DNA of 64,000 nt from Isoptericola halotolerans (GTDB lineage: Bacteria; Actinomycetota; Actinomycetes; Actinomycetales; Cellulomonadaceae): contig NZ_JABEZU010000002.1 of assembly GCF_013149785.1 (NCBI RefSeq), positions 868,001 through 932,000 of the forward strand, read 5' to 3'. Every line of letters begins with the position of its first letter. The first letter of the stretch is position 1. The translations under genes and the position numbers were made by a program. The notes beneath the pieces are model-generated. The model did no database searches. It saw nothing but the letters and a program-made list of their open reading frames with translations, and had not been told where the DNA came from. Of the stretch, positions 27,301-36,350 are shown piece after piece.

Positions 27301-28521
27301 ATGGACACCACGCGCACGCTCTCGCCCCGCGCCCGGTGGACGATCCCCGCGGTCGTCGCCGGGGCCGTCGCCGCCGCCTTCGTCCTCCCCGGCGCCCTCG
27401 GTGCGACGGCGGACGACGACCTGCCCGCCCTCACGGCCGACCAGCTGGTCGACCGGGTGGCGAACGCCGACCCGGTGCCGGTCTCCGGGACCGTCGTGTA
27501 CACGGCCCGGCTGGGGCTGCCGGACGTGACCGTCCCGGAGCTGCAGGGCGCCGGCCCGCTCGACCTGCTCGGCGGCAGCTCGACGGTCCGCGTCTGGTCC
27601 GACGGCGAGGACTCCTCGCGCGCCGCGCTGCTCGGCCCCGTCTCGGAGTACTCCGTGGTCCGGGACGGACCGGAGGCGTGGACGTACTCCAGCGCGGACG
27701 ACGAGGCGGTCCACTACGTCGTCGACCCCGCGGACCAGGAGCGTTACGACGAGCTCGCCGAGAAGGCGGCCGCACCGCCGGTCGACGGCGACCTGCCCAC
27801 CCCCGACGAGGCCGCTGACCTGCTCCTCGCCTACGCCCGCACGACCACCGACATCGACACGACGGGGCCGGTCGAGGTCGCCGGGCGTGCCGCCTACCAG
27901 CTCGAGATGAGCCCGCGGACCGACGGGACGCTGGTGGACCGGGTGCGGGTCGCCGTCGACGCCGAGACGTTCGTGCCGTTGCGCACCCAGGTGTGGGGCG
28001 TCGGCGACACCGAGGTTCCGGCCGTGGAGGTCGGGTTCACCGACGTCTCCTTCGAGGCGCCCGACCCGAGCGTCTTCGACTTCTCCGCCCCGGCGGGCGC
28101 CGACGTCCGCGAGGTCGTGGTGCCGCTGCCGGAGCCCGGGGCGATGGAACAGCCGCCGGCTGCCGACCTGGGCGGCGGCGAGGGGTTCGCGGTGCGCGGC
28201 ACGGGCTGGGAGACCGTCGTCGAGCTCACCGACGTCGACGTCGACGCGATCCTCGGCGCCGCGGCCGAGGGTCGGCTGCCCGAGGGTGGCACCGGGTCCA
28301 GCGGGGCGGAGGCCCTGCTCGACGAGCTCGCGCCGACCGAGGACGGCGAGATGCCCGGGCTGCCGGAGCTCGACACGCGGGCCCTGTACGAGCAGCTCAC
28401 GACCGAGGTCGACGGCGGCCGGCTGCTGACGTCGGCGCTGCTGTCCGTGCTGGTGACCGACGACGGCCGCGTCCTGGCGGGGGCCGTGCCGCCGGCCACC
28501 CTCGAGGAGCTCGCCGGATGA
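27301..28521 (+). CDS. Exported LolA-like/DUF2092-type protein
   Basis: N-terminal signal/anchor; SGTVVYTARLGLP, RVWSDG, VAGRAAYQL..P, AVDAETFVPLR, FDFSAPAGA, GRLLTSALLSVLVTDDGRV.AGAV. Confidence 0.72.
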   Translation: MDTTRTLSPRARWTIPAVVAGAVAAAFVLPGALGATADDDLPALTADQLVDRVANADPVPVSGTVVYTARLGLPDVTVPELQGAGPLDLLGGSSTVRVWSDGEDSSRAALLGPVSEYSVVRDGPEAWTYSSADDEAVHYVVDPADQERYDELAEKAAAPPVDGDLPTPDEAADLLLAYARTTTDIDTTGPVEVAGRAAYQLEMSPRTDGTLVDRVRVAVDAETFVPLRTQVWGVGDTEVPAVEVGFTDVSFEAPDPSVFDFSAPAGADVREVVVPLPEPGAMEQPPAADLGGGEGFAVRGTGWETVVELTDVDVDAILGAAAEGRLPEGGTGSSGAEALLDELAPTEDGEMPGLPELDTRALYEQLTTEVDGGRLLTSALLSVLVTDDGRVLAGAVPPATLEELAG

Positions 28522-29477
28522 CGGGTGCCGGGGGCGCCACAGACTCTGCGGTGCGCACCCGCGGGCTGACGAAGAGGTTCCGCTCCGGGCAGGTCGGCGT
28601 CGACGGGATCGACCTGCTCGTGCCGCGCGGGGCCGTCTACGGGTTCCTCGGGCCGAACGGCTCGGGCAAGACGACCACGATCCGCATGCTGCTCGGCCTC
28701 GTGGCCCCCACGGCGGGGACGGTCGAGCTGCTGGGGGCGTCCGTCCCTGCGGACGCGCGCTCGGTGCTGCCGCGGGTGGGGGCGCTCGTGGAGGGGCCCG
28801 CCTTCCACCCCTACCTCGACGGGCGGGCGAACCTCGAACGGCTCGACGCCGCCGACGCGACCGCGGACCCCCGCTCCCGGGACCGCCGGGTCGGCGCCGC
28901 GCTCGAGAGGGTGGGCCTGGCCGCGGCGGCGGCCAAGCGCTACCGGCAGTACTCGCTGGGGATGAAGCAACGGCTCGGGCTCGCCGCGACGCTCCTGCGG
29001 CCTCGGGACCTGCTGCTCCTCGACGAGCCCACCAACGGTCTCGACCCCCAGGGCACGCGTGAGGTGCGGGCGCTCGTGCGCGAGGTCGCCGCGGCCGGCA
29101 CGACCGTGCTCGTCTCGTCGCACCTGCTCAGCGAGATCGAGCAGGTGTGCTCGCACGTGGGGATCATGAGCCGCGGGTCGCTGCTCGTCCAGGGTGCCCG
29201 GGAGGAGATCGCGGACGCCGGGACCACCGAGGTGCGGGTCGCCGTCCGCCCGGACCAGCGCGACCACCTGGCCCGGGTCGTCGGGGACCTGGGGCTCGGC
29301 GAACCACGGGTCGACGGCGACGTCCTCGTCGCCCCTCTCGGCGGGGTGGCCGTCGAGAAGGTCGCCCAGGCGGTGGTCGGCGACGGGATCGACCTGCTGG
29401 GGCTCGAGGTCCGGCGGCCCACGCTGGAGGACGTCTTCGTGCGGCTCACGGGGGAGGGCTTCGATGTCGCTCGTTGA
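28518..29477 (+). CDS. ABC transporter ATP-binding protein
   Basis: GPNGSGKTT, YSLGMKQR, LLLDEPTNGLD, SSHLL. Confidence 0.93.
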   Translation: MTGAGGATDSAVRTRGLTKRFRSGQVGVDGIDLLVPRGAVYGFLGPNGSGKTTTIRMLLGLVAPTAGTVELLGASVPADARSVLPRVGALVEGPAFHPYLDGRANLERLDAADATADPRSRDRRVGAALERVGLAAAAAKRYRQYSLGMKQRLGLAATLLRPRDLLLLDEPTNGLDPQGTREVRALVREVAAAGTTVLVSSHLLSEIEQVCSHVGIMSRGSLLVQGAREEIADAGTTEVRVAVRPDQRDHLARVVGDLGLGEPRVDGDVLVAPLGGVAVEKVAQAVVGDGIDLLGLEVRRPTLEDVFVRLTGEGFDVAR

Positions 29478-30327
29478 GGCACCGGCCGCCGCCCCGGCAC
29501 GCCGCGGGGCCGCCACCGCGCGGCTGCTGCGCAGCGAGCTGCGCCTGGTGTTCGGGCGCCTGCGGAACCTCGTCCTGCTCGCCGGGCTGGCGGCCGTCCC
29601 GCTGCTGATCGGGACCGTCCTGCTCGTCACGCAGGACACCCCGGTCGCCGGGCAGGGGCCGCCGTTCCTCGACCGGGTGACGGGCAACGGCCTGTTCCTC
29701 GTGCTCGCCGCGCTGGTCAGCTGCCTGCCGTTCCTGCTGCCGCTGTGCGTCGCCATCGTCGCCGGCGACGCCGTGGCGGGCGAGGCGGCCACCGGGACGC
29801 TGCGCTACCTGTTGGTGGTGCCGGTGTCGCGCACCCGCCTGCTGCTGGTCAAGGCGGTCGCGGTGCTGGCGTTCGCCGGCGCGGCGGTCGCCGCGATCGC
29901 CGTCACGGGGCTGATCGCCGGGGCGGCGTTCTTCGGCGTGGGGGACGTGACCCTGCTCTCGGGGGACACCGTCCCGCTCGCCGACGGGCTGCTCCGCGCG
30001 CTGGGCGTGGTCGCCTACGTCGCCCTGTCGCTCACGGGTCTGGTCGCCGTGGGGCTGTTCTTCTCCACGCTGACCGAGGTCCCGGTCGCCGCGATGGCCT
30101 CGACCGTGGTGGTCGCGATCGTCAGCGGCGTCCTCGACGCGCTGCCGCAGCTCTCCGCCGTCCACCCGTGGCTGCTCACCCACCACTGGCTCGACCTCGG
30201 CGAGTTCCTGCGGCTCCAGGTGGACGTCTCGGTGCTGCTCGCGGGCCTGGCCGTGCAGGCCGCCTGGGTCGCGATCTTCGGCACCCTGGCGTGGAGCCGG
30301 TTCACCACGGCCGACGTCTCGTCCTGA
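29464..30327 (+). CDS. ABC-2 type permease
   Basis: About six TM segments, AGEAATGTLRYLL.VPVSRTRLLLVK. Confidence 0.88.
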   Translation: MSLVEAPAAAPARRGAATARLLRSELRLVFGRLRNLVLLAGLAAVPLLIGTVLLVTQDTPVAGQGPPFLDRVTGNGLFLVLAALVSCLPFLLPLCVAIVAGDAVAGEAATGTLRYLLVVPVSRTRLLLVKAVAVLAFAGAAVAAIAVTGLIAGAAFFGVGDVTLLSGDTVPLADGLLRALGVVAYVALSLTGLVAVGLFFSTLTEVPVAAMASTVVVAIVSGVLDALPQLSAVHPWLLTHHWLDLGEFLRLQVDVSVLLAGLAVQAAWVAIFGTLAWSRFTTADVSS

Positions 30328-30331
30328 GGCG

Positions 30332-31387
30332 TCAGCCGGGGTAGACGTCGACCTCGGCGGCCTTGACGGTCCCGATCACGGTGCGCCCGGGCACCAGCGC
30401 GAGCTCGGCCACGGCCTGCGGGGTCACGTCCGCGGCGAGCTGGTCGGTGCGCACCCGCAGCAGGTCGCCGCGCGGCTCCACCGACCGCACCGTCCCGCGG
30501 AAGGTGTTGCGCGGCGAGCCGTGCGGGTCCCTCAGGTGCAAGGACACCGCCGCGGGCCGGAACACGGCGGTCATCGGCGCTCCCACCGCGACCCCGGGGT
30601 GCGACGCGTACCCGTGCACGACGGCGCCGCTCGCCGTGGAGACGCCGTCACCGGTCCACGTCCCGGACAGCAGGTTGAGGCCGGCGACGGACGCGGCGAA
30701 GGCGCTGCGCGGGCGCGACAGGATCTCCGCCGTCGGCCCTCGTTCGACGACCCGGCCGCCGTCGACGACGGCGACCTCGTCGGCGAGCAGCAGCGCGTCG
30801 AGGACGTCGTGGGTGGCGACGACGGTGGTCTGGTCGTCGAGCAGGTGCTGGAGCGTCTGGCGCAGCGCGGGGGTGACGTCGACGTCGAGCGCCGCCATCG
30901 GTTCGTCGAGCAGCAGCAGCCGGGGTGCCGCCGCGAGCGCCCGGGCGATCGCGACGCGTTGTGCCTGCCCGCCGGACAGGCCGGCCGGCCGGCGCTCGGC
31001 GAGGTGCGCGAGCCCGATCGCGTCGAGCCACCGGTCGGCCGCCGTCCCGGCGCCGCGGCGGGACCGTCCCTGGGCGCGCGGTCCGAACGCGACGTTGTCG
31101 CGGACGGTCAGGTGAGGGAACAGCATCGGGTCCTGGGCGAGCAGTGCGACCTGTCGGCGGTGCGCAGGGACCCAGGTGGTCGTCCGGCCGGCTCGGGCTC
31201 CGGCGAGGACCCGGCCGTCCAGGGTGATCTCGCCGTCGTGCGGGCGCAGCGTCCCCGCCGCGAGGCCCAGCGCCGTGGACTTGCCGGCGCCGTTGGGACC
31301 CAGCAGCGCCAGGGTGCGGCCCTCGGGGACGTCGAGCGTGACGTCGACCCCGCGCGAGGGGACCGTCGCGGTGAGCGTGAACGTCAT
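30332..31387 (-). CDS. modC: Molybdate ABC transporter ATP-binding protein with TOBE domain
   Basis: [26 protein letters not shown]-terminal GSPRN...VKAAEV. Confidence 0.9.
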   Translation of the reverse strand: MTFTLTATVPSRGVDVTLDVPEGRTLALLGPNGAGKSTALGLAAGTLRPHDGEITLDGRVLAGARAGRTTTWVPAHRRQVALLAQDPMLFPHLTVRDNVAFGPRAQGRSRRGAGTAADRWLDAIGLAHLAERRPAGLSGGQAQRVAIARALAAAPRLLLLDEPMAALDVDVTPALRQTLQHLLDDQTTVVATHDVLDALLLADEVAVVDGGRVVERGPTAEILSRPRSAFAASVAGLNLLSGTWTGDGVSTASGAVVHGYASHPGVAVGAPMTAVFRPAAVSLHLRDPHGSPRNTFRGTVRSVEPRGDLLRVRTDQLAADVTPQAVAELALVPGRTVIGTVKAAEVDVYPG

Positions 31388-32199
31388 GGCGCAGCCCGGC
31401 GGTGGGTGACGGCGATGACGACGACGGCGATGGCCACCAGCAGCAGGGACAGCGCCACGGCGGCGTCGGGGTCGGTCTCGCGCTGCAGGTAGATCTCCAG
31501 CGGGAGGGTGCGGGTGACGCCCTGCAGGCTGCCCGCGAACGTGAGGGTGGCACCGAACTCGCCGAGGGCGCGGGCGAAGGCGAGCACCGTGCCGGAGACG
31601 AGCCCCGGCCACACCAGCGGCAGCGTCACCCGCCGCAGCACCGTGGTGGGGCCCGCGCCCAGGGAGGCGGCGACGACGTCGTACCTGCTGCCGGCCGTGC
31701 GCAGCGCCCCCTCGAGGCTGACGACGAGGAACGGCAGCGCCACGAACGTCTGGGCGAGCACGACCGCCGTCGTCGAGAACGCGACCTGCAGGCCGAGCAC
31801 CTCGATCGACTCGCCCAGCAGGCCGCGACGCCCGAACGTGGACAGCAGCGCGATGCCCCCGACGACGGGCGGCAGCACCAGCGGCACGAGCACGAGGGAC
31901 CGCAGGAGGTCCCGCCCGGGGAACCGTCCACGCGCCAGCACGAGCGCCAGGGGGATGCCGAGGACGAGGCACAGCGCCGTGCTCGTGGCCGCCGTCTGCA
32001 GGCTGAGCACGAGGGCGGCGCGGGCGGGCTCGCTGGTGACCAGCGTCCAGTAGCCGGTCCAGGGCACGCGGGTACCCAGGGCGAGCAGCGGCAGGACGAC
32101 GAACAGGCCGCCGACGACGGCGGGGACGTACGTCCAACGGGGGAGCCCGGTGGGGGCGGCGGCCGGGTCGTGGGCGATGGTGGTGCGGCCGGTGCTCAT
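31384..32199 (-). CDS. modB: Molybdate ABC transporter permease
   Basis: [32 protein letters not shown]. Confidence 0.93.
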   Translation of the reverse strand: MSTGRTTIAHDPAAAPTGLPRWTYVPAVVGGLFVVLPLLALGTRVPWTGYWTLVTSEPARAALVLSLQTAATSTALCLVLGIPLALVLARGRFPGRDLLRSLVLVPLVLPPVVGGIALLSTFGRRGLLGESIEVLGLQVAFSTTAVVLAQTFVALPFLVVSLEGALRTAGSRYDVVAASLGAGPTTVLRRVTLPLVWPGLVSGTVLAFARALGEFGATLTFAGSLQGVTRTLPLEIYLQRETDPDAAVALSLLLVAIAVVVIAVTHRRAAP

Positions 32200-32972
32200 G
32201 GCGCGGCGAACCCGAGGTCGGCGAGCGTGCTCCGGCCCTCGGAGGACAGGACGGCGTCGACGAACGCCTCGGTGAGCTCGGTCTCGTCGGCGGTCCGGCC
32301 CGTGCGTTCCACCGTGGCGATCGGGTAGGCGTTCACCGCGCCGTCGGCCTCCGGGAAGGCGACGCCCTCGACCTGGTCGCCGGCGCGGGCGACGTCGGTG
32401 ACGTAGACCAGCCCGGCGTCGGCTTCACCGCTGGTCACCTTGCCGAGGACGTCGGTGACGCTCGGCTCCTCGCTGACCGGGTGCAGGGTGAGGCCGGCGT
32501 CGCCGACGACGGCGGTGGTGGCGGCGCCGCACGGCACCTCGGGGGCGCAGACGACCAGGCGCAGACCCGGTGCGGCGAGGTCGGTCAGCGCGGCGACGTC
32601 GGCGGGGTTGCCGGGCGGGACCGCGATCTGGAGCGTGTTGGTCGCGAAGACCTGGGGGACGCCGACGAGGCCGTCGGTGACGAGCCTGTCCATGGTCGCG
32701 GTGTCGGCCGAGGCGATGACGTCGGCGGGCGCCCCCTGCTGGATCTGGGCCGCCAGGCTCGACGAGCCCGCGAGGTTGAGCAGGACGTCCACCCCGGGGT
32801 GATCGGCCTCGAAGTCGTCGGCGATCTGCTCGAAGGCCTGTGCCAGGGAGGCTGCGGCGAAGACGGTGAGGGTGGTGTCCGCCTCCGCGGCGGTGCTGCA
32901 CCCGGCGAGCGTGACGGCGGCGCTCGCGGCCAGCAGCGCTGCCCGTGCGGCCACGCGGCGGGGAGGCGTCAT
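32196..32972 (-). CDS. modA: Molybdate-binding lipoprotein
   Basis: Lipobox [41 protein letters not shown]. Confidence 0.93.
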   Translation of the reverse strand: MTPPRRVAARAALLAASAAVTLAGCSTAAEADTTLTVFAAASLAQAFEQIADDFEADHPGVDVLLNLAGSSSLAAQIQQGAPADVIASADTATMDRLVTDGLVGVPQVFATNTLQIAVPPGNPADVAALTDLAAPGLRLVVCAPEVPCGAATTAVVGDAGLTLHPVSEEPSVTDVLGKVTSGEADAGLVYVTDVARAGDQVEGVAFPEADGAVNAYPIATVERTGRTADETELTEAFVDAVLSSEGRSTLADLGFAAP

Positions 32973-33376
32973 GCTCTGTCCTGGTCGGGTGCCTCGATGA
33001 CGACGTTCGTCGACTTGATCGTGGCCACCGCGACGGAACCACGTTCCAGCCCGAGGTCGCGGACGGCCTCGCTGCTCATGAGCGACACGACCCGGAACGG
33101 GCCGCACTGCAGCTCGACCTGCGCCATCACGGTGTCCACCGTCAGATCGGTGACCAGGCCGACGAACCGGTTGCGGGCCGAGCTCTTCATGCCGTGGGGG
33201 AGTCCGGGCGCGGTGGCGTGCTCGCGCGCGACCATGGCCACGTCGTAGCCGTCGACGACCTGGCGGCCGGCGCCGTCGCGGGTGGCGGTCAGCGGGCCCC
33301 GCTCGACCCAGCGGCGCACGGTGTCGTCGCTGACGCCGAGGTAGACGGCGGCCTCACTGATACGCATCTGCGGCAT
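32969..33376 (-). CDS. HTH + TOBE molybdate-responsive regulator (ModE/Mop-like)
   Basis: MRISEAAVYLGVSDDTVRRW, SSARNRFVG, IKSTNV. Confidence 0.88.
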   Translation of the reverse strand: MPQMRISEAAVYLGVSDDTVRRWVERGPLTATRDGAGRQVVDGYDVAMVAREHATAPGLPHGMKSSARNRFVGLVTDLTVDTVMAQVELQCGPFRVVSLMSSEAVRDLGLERGSVAVATIKSTNVVIEAPDQDRA

Positions 33377-33478
33377 GAGAGCGACGATATGCCCGTGCAT
33401 GCGGACTCGACAAGGGCCGGGGATCGTCCTGCGTCGATGCCCCGACCTGGTCGCCGGGTGCCCCGTAGGCTGGCGCCC

Positions 33479-34777
33479 GTGCATCACGACACGACGACCC
33501 GTCGGCCGGTGGCGGAGCACGCCGCGGCCGTGGCAGGCCTGGTCGGCCCGGCGCTCCGGCGGGCAGCCGCGCGGCGTGCGGTCCCCGCCGGGCTCGCCGA
33601 CCTGCTGGCCGTCGCCGCGGGGGGCGCGGCGTTGGCACCGCGAGTGCTCGCGCGGGACGCCGTTGCCGCCGTCGACCTGCCGGGCTTCGACAACTCGCAG
33701 ATGGACGGCTACGCGGTCCGCGCCGCCGACCTGGCCGGCGCGGCGCCGTCGGACCCGGTCCCCGTGCCGGTCGCGGCGCCGGTGCCGGCCGGGACCCAGC
33801 CCTCTCCGCTGGCCCCCGGAACCGCGGCACCGGTGATGACCGGCGCCCCGGTCCCGGCCGGGGCGGACGCCGTCGTGAAGATCGAGGACGCCGACCCACC
33901 GGCCTTTCCGGCGCCGGGCACCACGGCGACCGTCCGGTTCGGCGCGCCCGTCGCGCCGGGGACCTTCGTGCGCCGGAGAGGGTCCGACGTCGTCGCCGGG
34001 GACGTCGTCCTCCCGGCGGGCACCCCGCTCGGACCGCCGCAGCTCGGCGTGCTCGCCGCGGCCGGAGTCGTCGAGGTCGCCGTCGCCGAACCACCGCACG
34101 TGCTGCTGCTCTCCACCGGTTCCGAGCTGGTGGCGGCGGGCGGACGGCTCGGCCCGGCGCAGGTGCACGACGCGAACGGGGCCGCGCTGACCGCCGGGCT
34201 CGCGCAGGCCGGGGCCCGCGCCACCCACCGCGTCGTCCCCGACGACCCGGCCGCCCTGCGCGCCGTCCTGGCCGAGGCGCCCGACGACGTCGCCCTCGTG
34301 GTCACGAGCGGGGGCGTCTCCGCCGGGGCGTACGAGGTGGTGCGCCAGACCCTCACGGACGCCTGGTTCGGGCACGTCGCCGTCCAGCCGGGCGGGCCGC
34401 AGGGGCTCGGCACCATCGCCCTGGGTGACCCGGCGGTGCCGCGGGACGTGCCGCTGGTCGCGTTCCCCGGGAACCCGGTCAGCGCCTACGTCTCCTTCGA
34501 GCTGTTCCTGCGCCCGGTGCTCGCGGCGGCCACGGGGTCGACGCCGGCCCACCGCCCCCGTGGCCGGGCGCCGCTCGCCGAGGCGATCGACTCGCCCGAG
34601 CACCTGCGCCAGGTGCGCCGCGCCCGCCTCGACGCCGACGGCCGCGTCGTCATGGTGGGCGGTCCCGGGTCCCACCTCCTGGCCCACCTCGCGGCCGCTA
34701 CGCTCCTGGTGCACGTGCCACCCGGCGTCGCCCACCTCGACGAGGGCGACGACGTCGACTACTGGGAGATCCGATGA
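33479..34777 (+). CDS. moeA: Molybdopterin molybdotransferase MoeA, paralog 2
   Basis: PGFDNSQMDGYAV, MTGAPVP, STGSEL, TSGGVSAG, PGNPVSA; GTG 33479 lies 7 nt after TAGGCT -10. Confidence 0.9.
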   Translation: MHHDTTTRRPVAEHAAAVAGLVGPALRRAAARRAVPAGLADLLAVAAGGAALAPRVLARDAVAAVDLPGFDNSQMDGYAVRAADLAGAAPSDPVPVPVAAPVPAGTQPSPLAPGTAAPVMTGAPVPAGADAVVKIEDADPPAFPAPGTTATVRFGAPVAPGTFVRRRGSDVVAGDVVLPAGTPLGPPQLGVLAAAGVVEVAVAEPPHVLLLSTGSELVAAGGRLGPAQVHDANGAALTAGLAQAGARATHRVVPDDPAALRAVLAEAPDDVALVVTSGGVSAGAYEVVRQTLTDAWFGHVAVQPGGPQGLGTIALGDPAVPRDVPLVAFPGNPVSAYVSFELFLRPVLAAATGSTPAHRPRGRAPLAEAIDSPEHLRQVRRARLDADGRVVMVGGPGSHLLAHLAAATLLVHVPPGVAHLDEGDDVDYWEIR

Positions 34778-35259
34778 GCGACCTGTCCCACTACCGCGAC
34801 GACGGCGCCGCCCACATGGTCGACGTCACCGCCAAGGACGTCACCCAGCGCCGGGCCACCGCGCGCGGGGTCCTGCGCACGCGGGCCGACGTCGTCGACC
34901 GGATCCTGTCCGGCGACCTGCCCAAGGGCGAGGCGGTCGCCACCGCGCGCATCGCCGGGATCATGGGCGCCAAGCGGACACCGGACCTCGTGCCGCTGTG
35001 CCACCCGCTGCCGCTGTCGGGGGTGGACCTCGAGATCGTCCCGACGGGCGAGGCGGCCCTCGAGATCACCGCGACCGTGAGGACCACGGGCCGGACCGGC
35101 GTCGAGATGGAGGCGCTCACCGCCGTGACGGTGGCGGGCCTGACGCTCTACGACATGATCAAGGCGGTCGACAAGGCCGCCGTGCTGACCGACATCGCGG
35201 TCGTGGCCAAGTCGGGCGGGAAGTCCGGCGACTGGGTCCGCGGCGAGGAGCAGGCATGA
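34774..35259 (+). CDS. moaC: Cyclic pyranopterin monophosphate synthase
   Basis: HMVDVTAK, PLCHPL, TGVEMEALT, LYDMIKAVD, KSGGKSG. Confidence 0.96.
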   Translation: MSDLSHYRDDGAAHMVDVTAKDVTQRRATARGVLRTRADVVDRILSGDLPKGEAVATARIAGIMGAKRTPDLVPLCHPLPLSGVDLEIVPTGEAALEITATVRTTGRTGVEMEALTAVTVAGLTLYDMIKAVDKAAVLTDIAVVAKSGGKSGDWVRGEEQA

Positions 35260-36236
35260 GAGCCGCCGTCGTCGTCGCCTCCGACCGTGCCGCCGCAGGT
35301 GTCTACCCGGACCGCTCCGGGCCGGCCGCCGCCGCGTGGTTCACCGACCGTGGCTGGGAGGTGCTGCCCGTGGTGGTGGTGCCCGACGGCGAACCCGTGC
35401 GCGAGGCGCTGCTCGAGCTGCTCGACGGGCACGACGGCGAGGCCCCGGACGTGATCGTCACCTCCGGCGGGACCGGGGTCGCGCCGTCGGACGCCACCCC
35501 CGAGGTGACGCGCGCCGTGGTGGACCGCGAGGTGCCGGGGATCGCCGAGCTGGTGCGGGCCCGCTCGCTCGCCCCGACCGACCCGGCGAAGCCTGCGGTG
35601 CCCGGTGCTGCGCTGTCGCGGGGGATCGCCGGGGTCGCCGACAGCACCCTGATCGTCAACCTGCCGGGTTCGAGGGGCGGTGTCCTCGACGGGCTCGACG
35701 CGCTCGCCGACGTCCTGCCGCACGCGGTGGACCAGCTCCGCGGCGGTGACCACCCCGCCGTCGCCCGCCCCACCACTTCGCAGGAGGGGAGCGCCACGGT
35801 GCTGCGCGCCGACGTCGTCGAGTCACCGATCGACGACCGCCTCGTCGCGCTGAGCGACCTGGTCCGCGACGACGCCTGCGGGGCCGTGGCCACCTTCGTC
35901 GGCCACGTGCGCGACCACGACGAGGGTCGCGGGGTCACAGCCCTGCGCTACGAGTCGCACCCGGACGCCGCCCGGATCCTGGGGGAGGTCGCCCGGCGGG
36001 TGGCGCACCGCACGGCGGACGCCACCGGTGACACGGTGCGTGCCGCCGTCGTGCACCGGGTGGGTGACCTCGCGATCGGGGACGTCGCGGTCGTCGTCGC
36101 CGTCGCCTCCGGGCACCGGCAGGCCGCCTTCACGTGTGCGAGCGACCTGATCGAGGAGCTCAAGGCCGAGGTGCCGATCTGGAAGGAGCAGGGCTTCACG
36201 GACGGCTCCAGCGAGTGGGTGGGCTCGCTCGGCTGA
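35256..36236 (+). CDS. Fused MogA/MoaB adenylyltransferase - MoaE molybdopterin synthase large subunit
   Basis: N-half VASDR..GVYPDRSG, TSGGTG..PSDATPE, NLPGS; C-half GAVATFVGHVRDHDEG, HRVG, KAEVPIWKEQ...W. Confidence 0.88.
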   Translation: MRAAVVVASDRAAAGVYPDRSGPAAAAWFTDRGWEVLPVVVVPDGEPVREALLELLDGHDGEAPDVIVTSGGTGVAPSDATPEVTRAVVDREVPGIAELVRARSLAPTDPAKPAVPGAALSRGIAGVADSTLIVNLPGSRGGVLDGLDALADVLPHAVDQLRGGDHPAVARPTTSQEGSATVLRADVVESPIDDRLVALSDLVRDDACGAVATFVGHVRDHDEGRGVTALRYESHPDAARILGEVARRVAHRTADATGDTVRAAVVHRVGDLAIGDVAVVVAVASGHRQAAFTCASDLIEELKAEVPIWKEQGFTDGSSEWVGSLG

Positions 36237-36246
36237 CGCGCCCGTC

Positions 36247-36312
36247 GGTCATCGGCTGTTTACCGGGGCGACAGCCTCGGGACGCACGGCAGTCATCGAG
36301 CGTTCCTAGCGT
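36247..36312 (+). promoter_or_regulatory. PHO-box-like repeats upstream of phoX
   Basis: GGTCATC (36247), GTTTACC (36258), AGTCATC (36291), GTTCCTA (36302) share one 11-bp phase; TAGCGT -10 at 36307-36312. Confidence 0.6.
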
Positions 36313-36350
36313 CTGTCGCGACCCCCCGGTCCCGAACCTGGAGTGCACCG

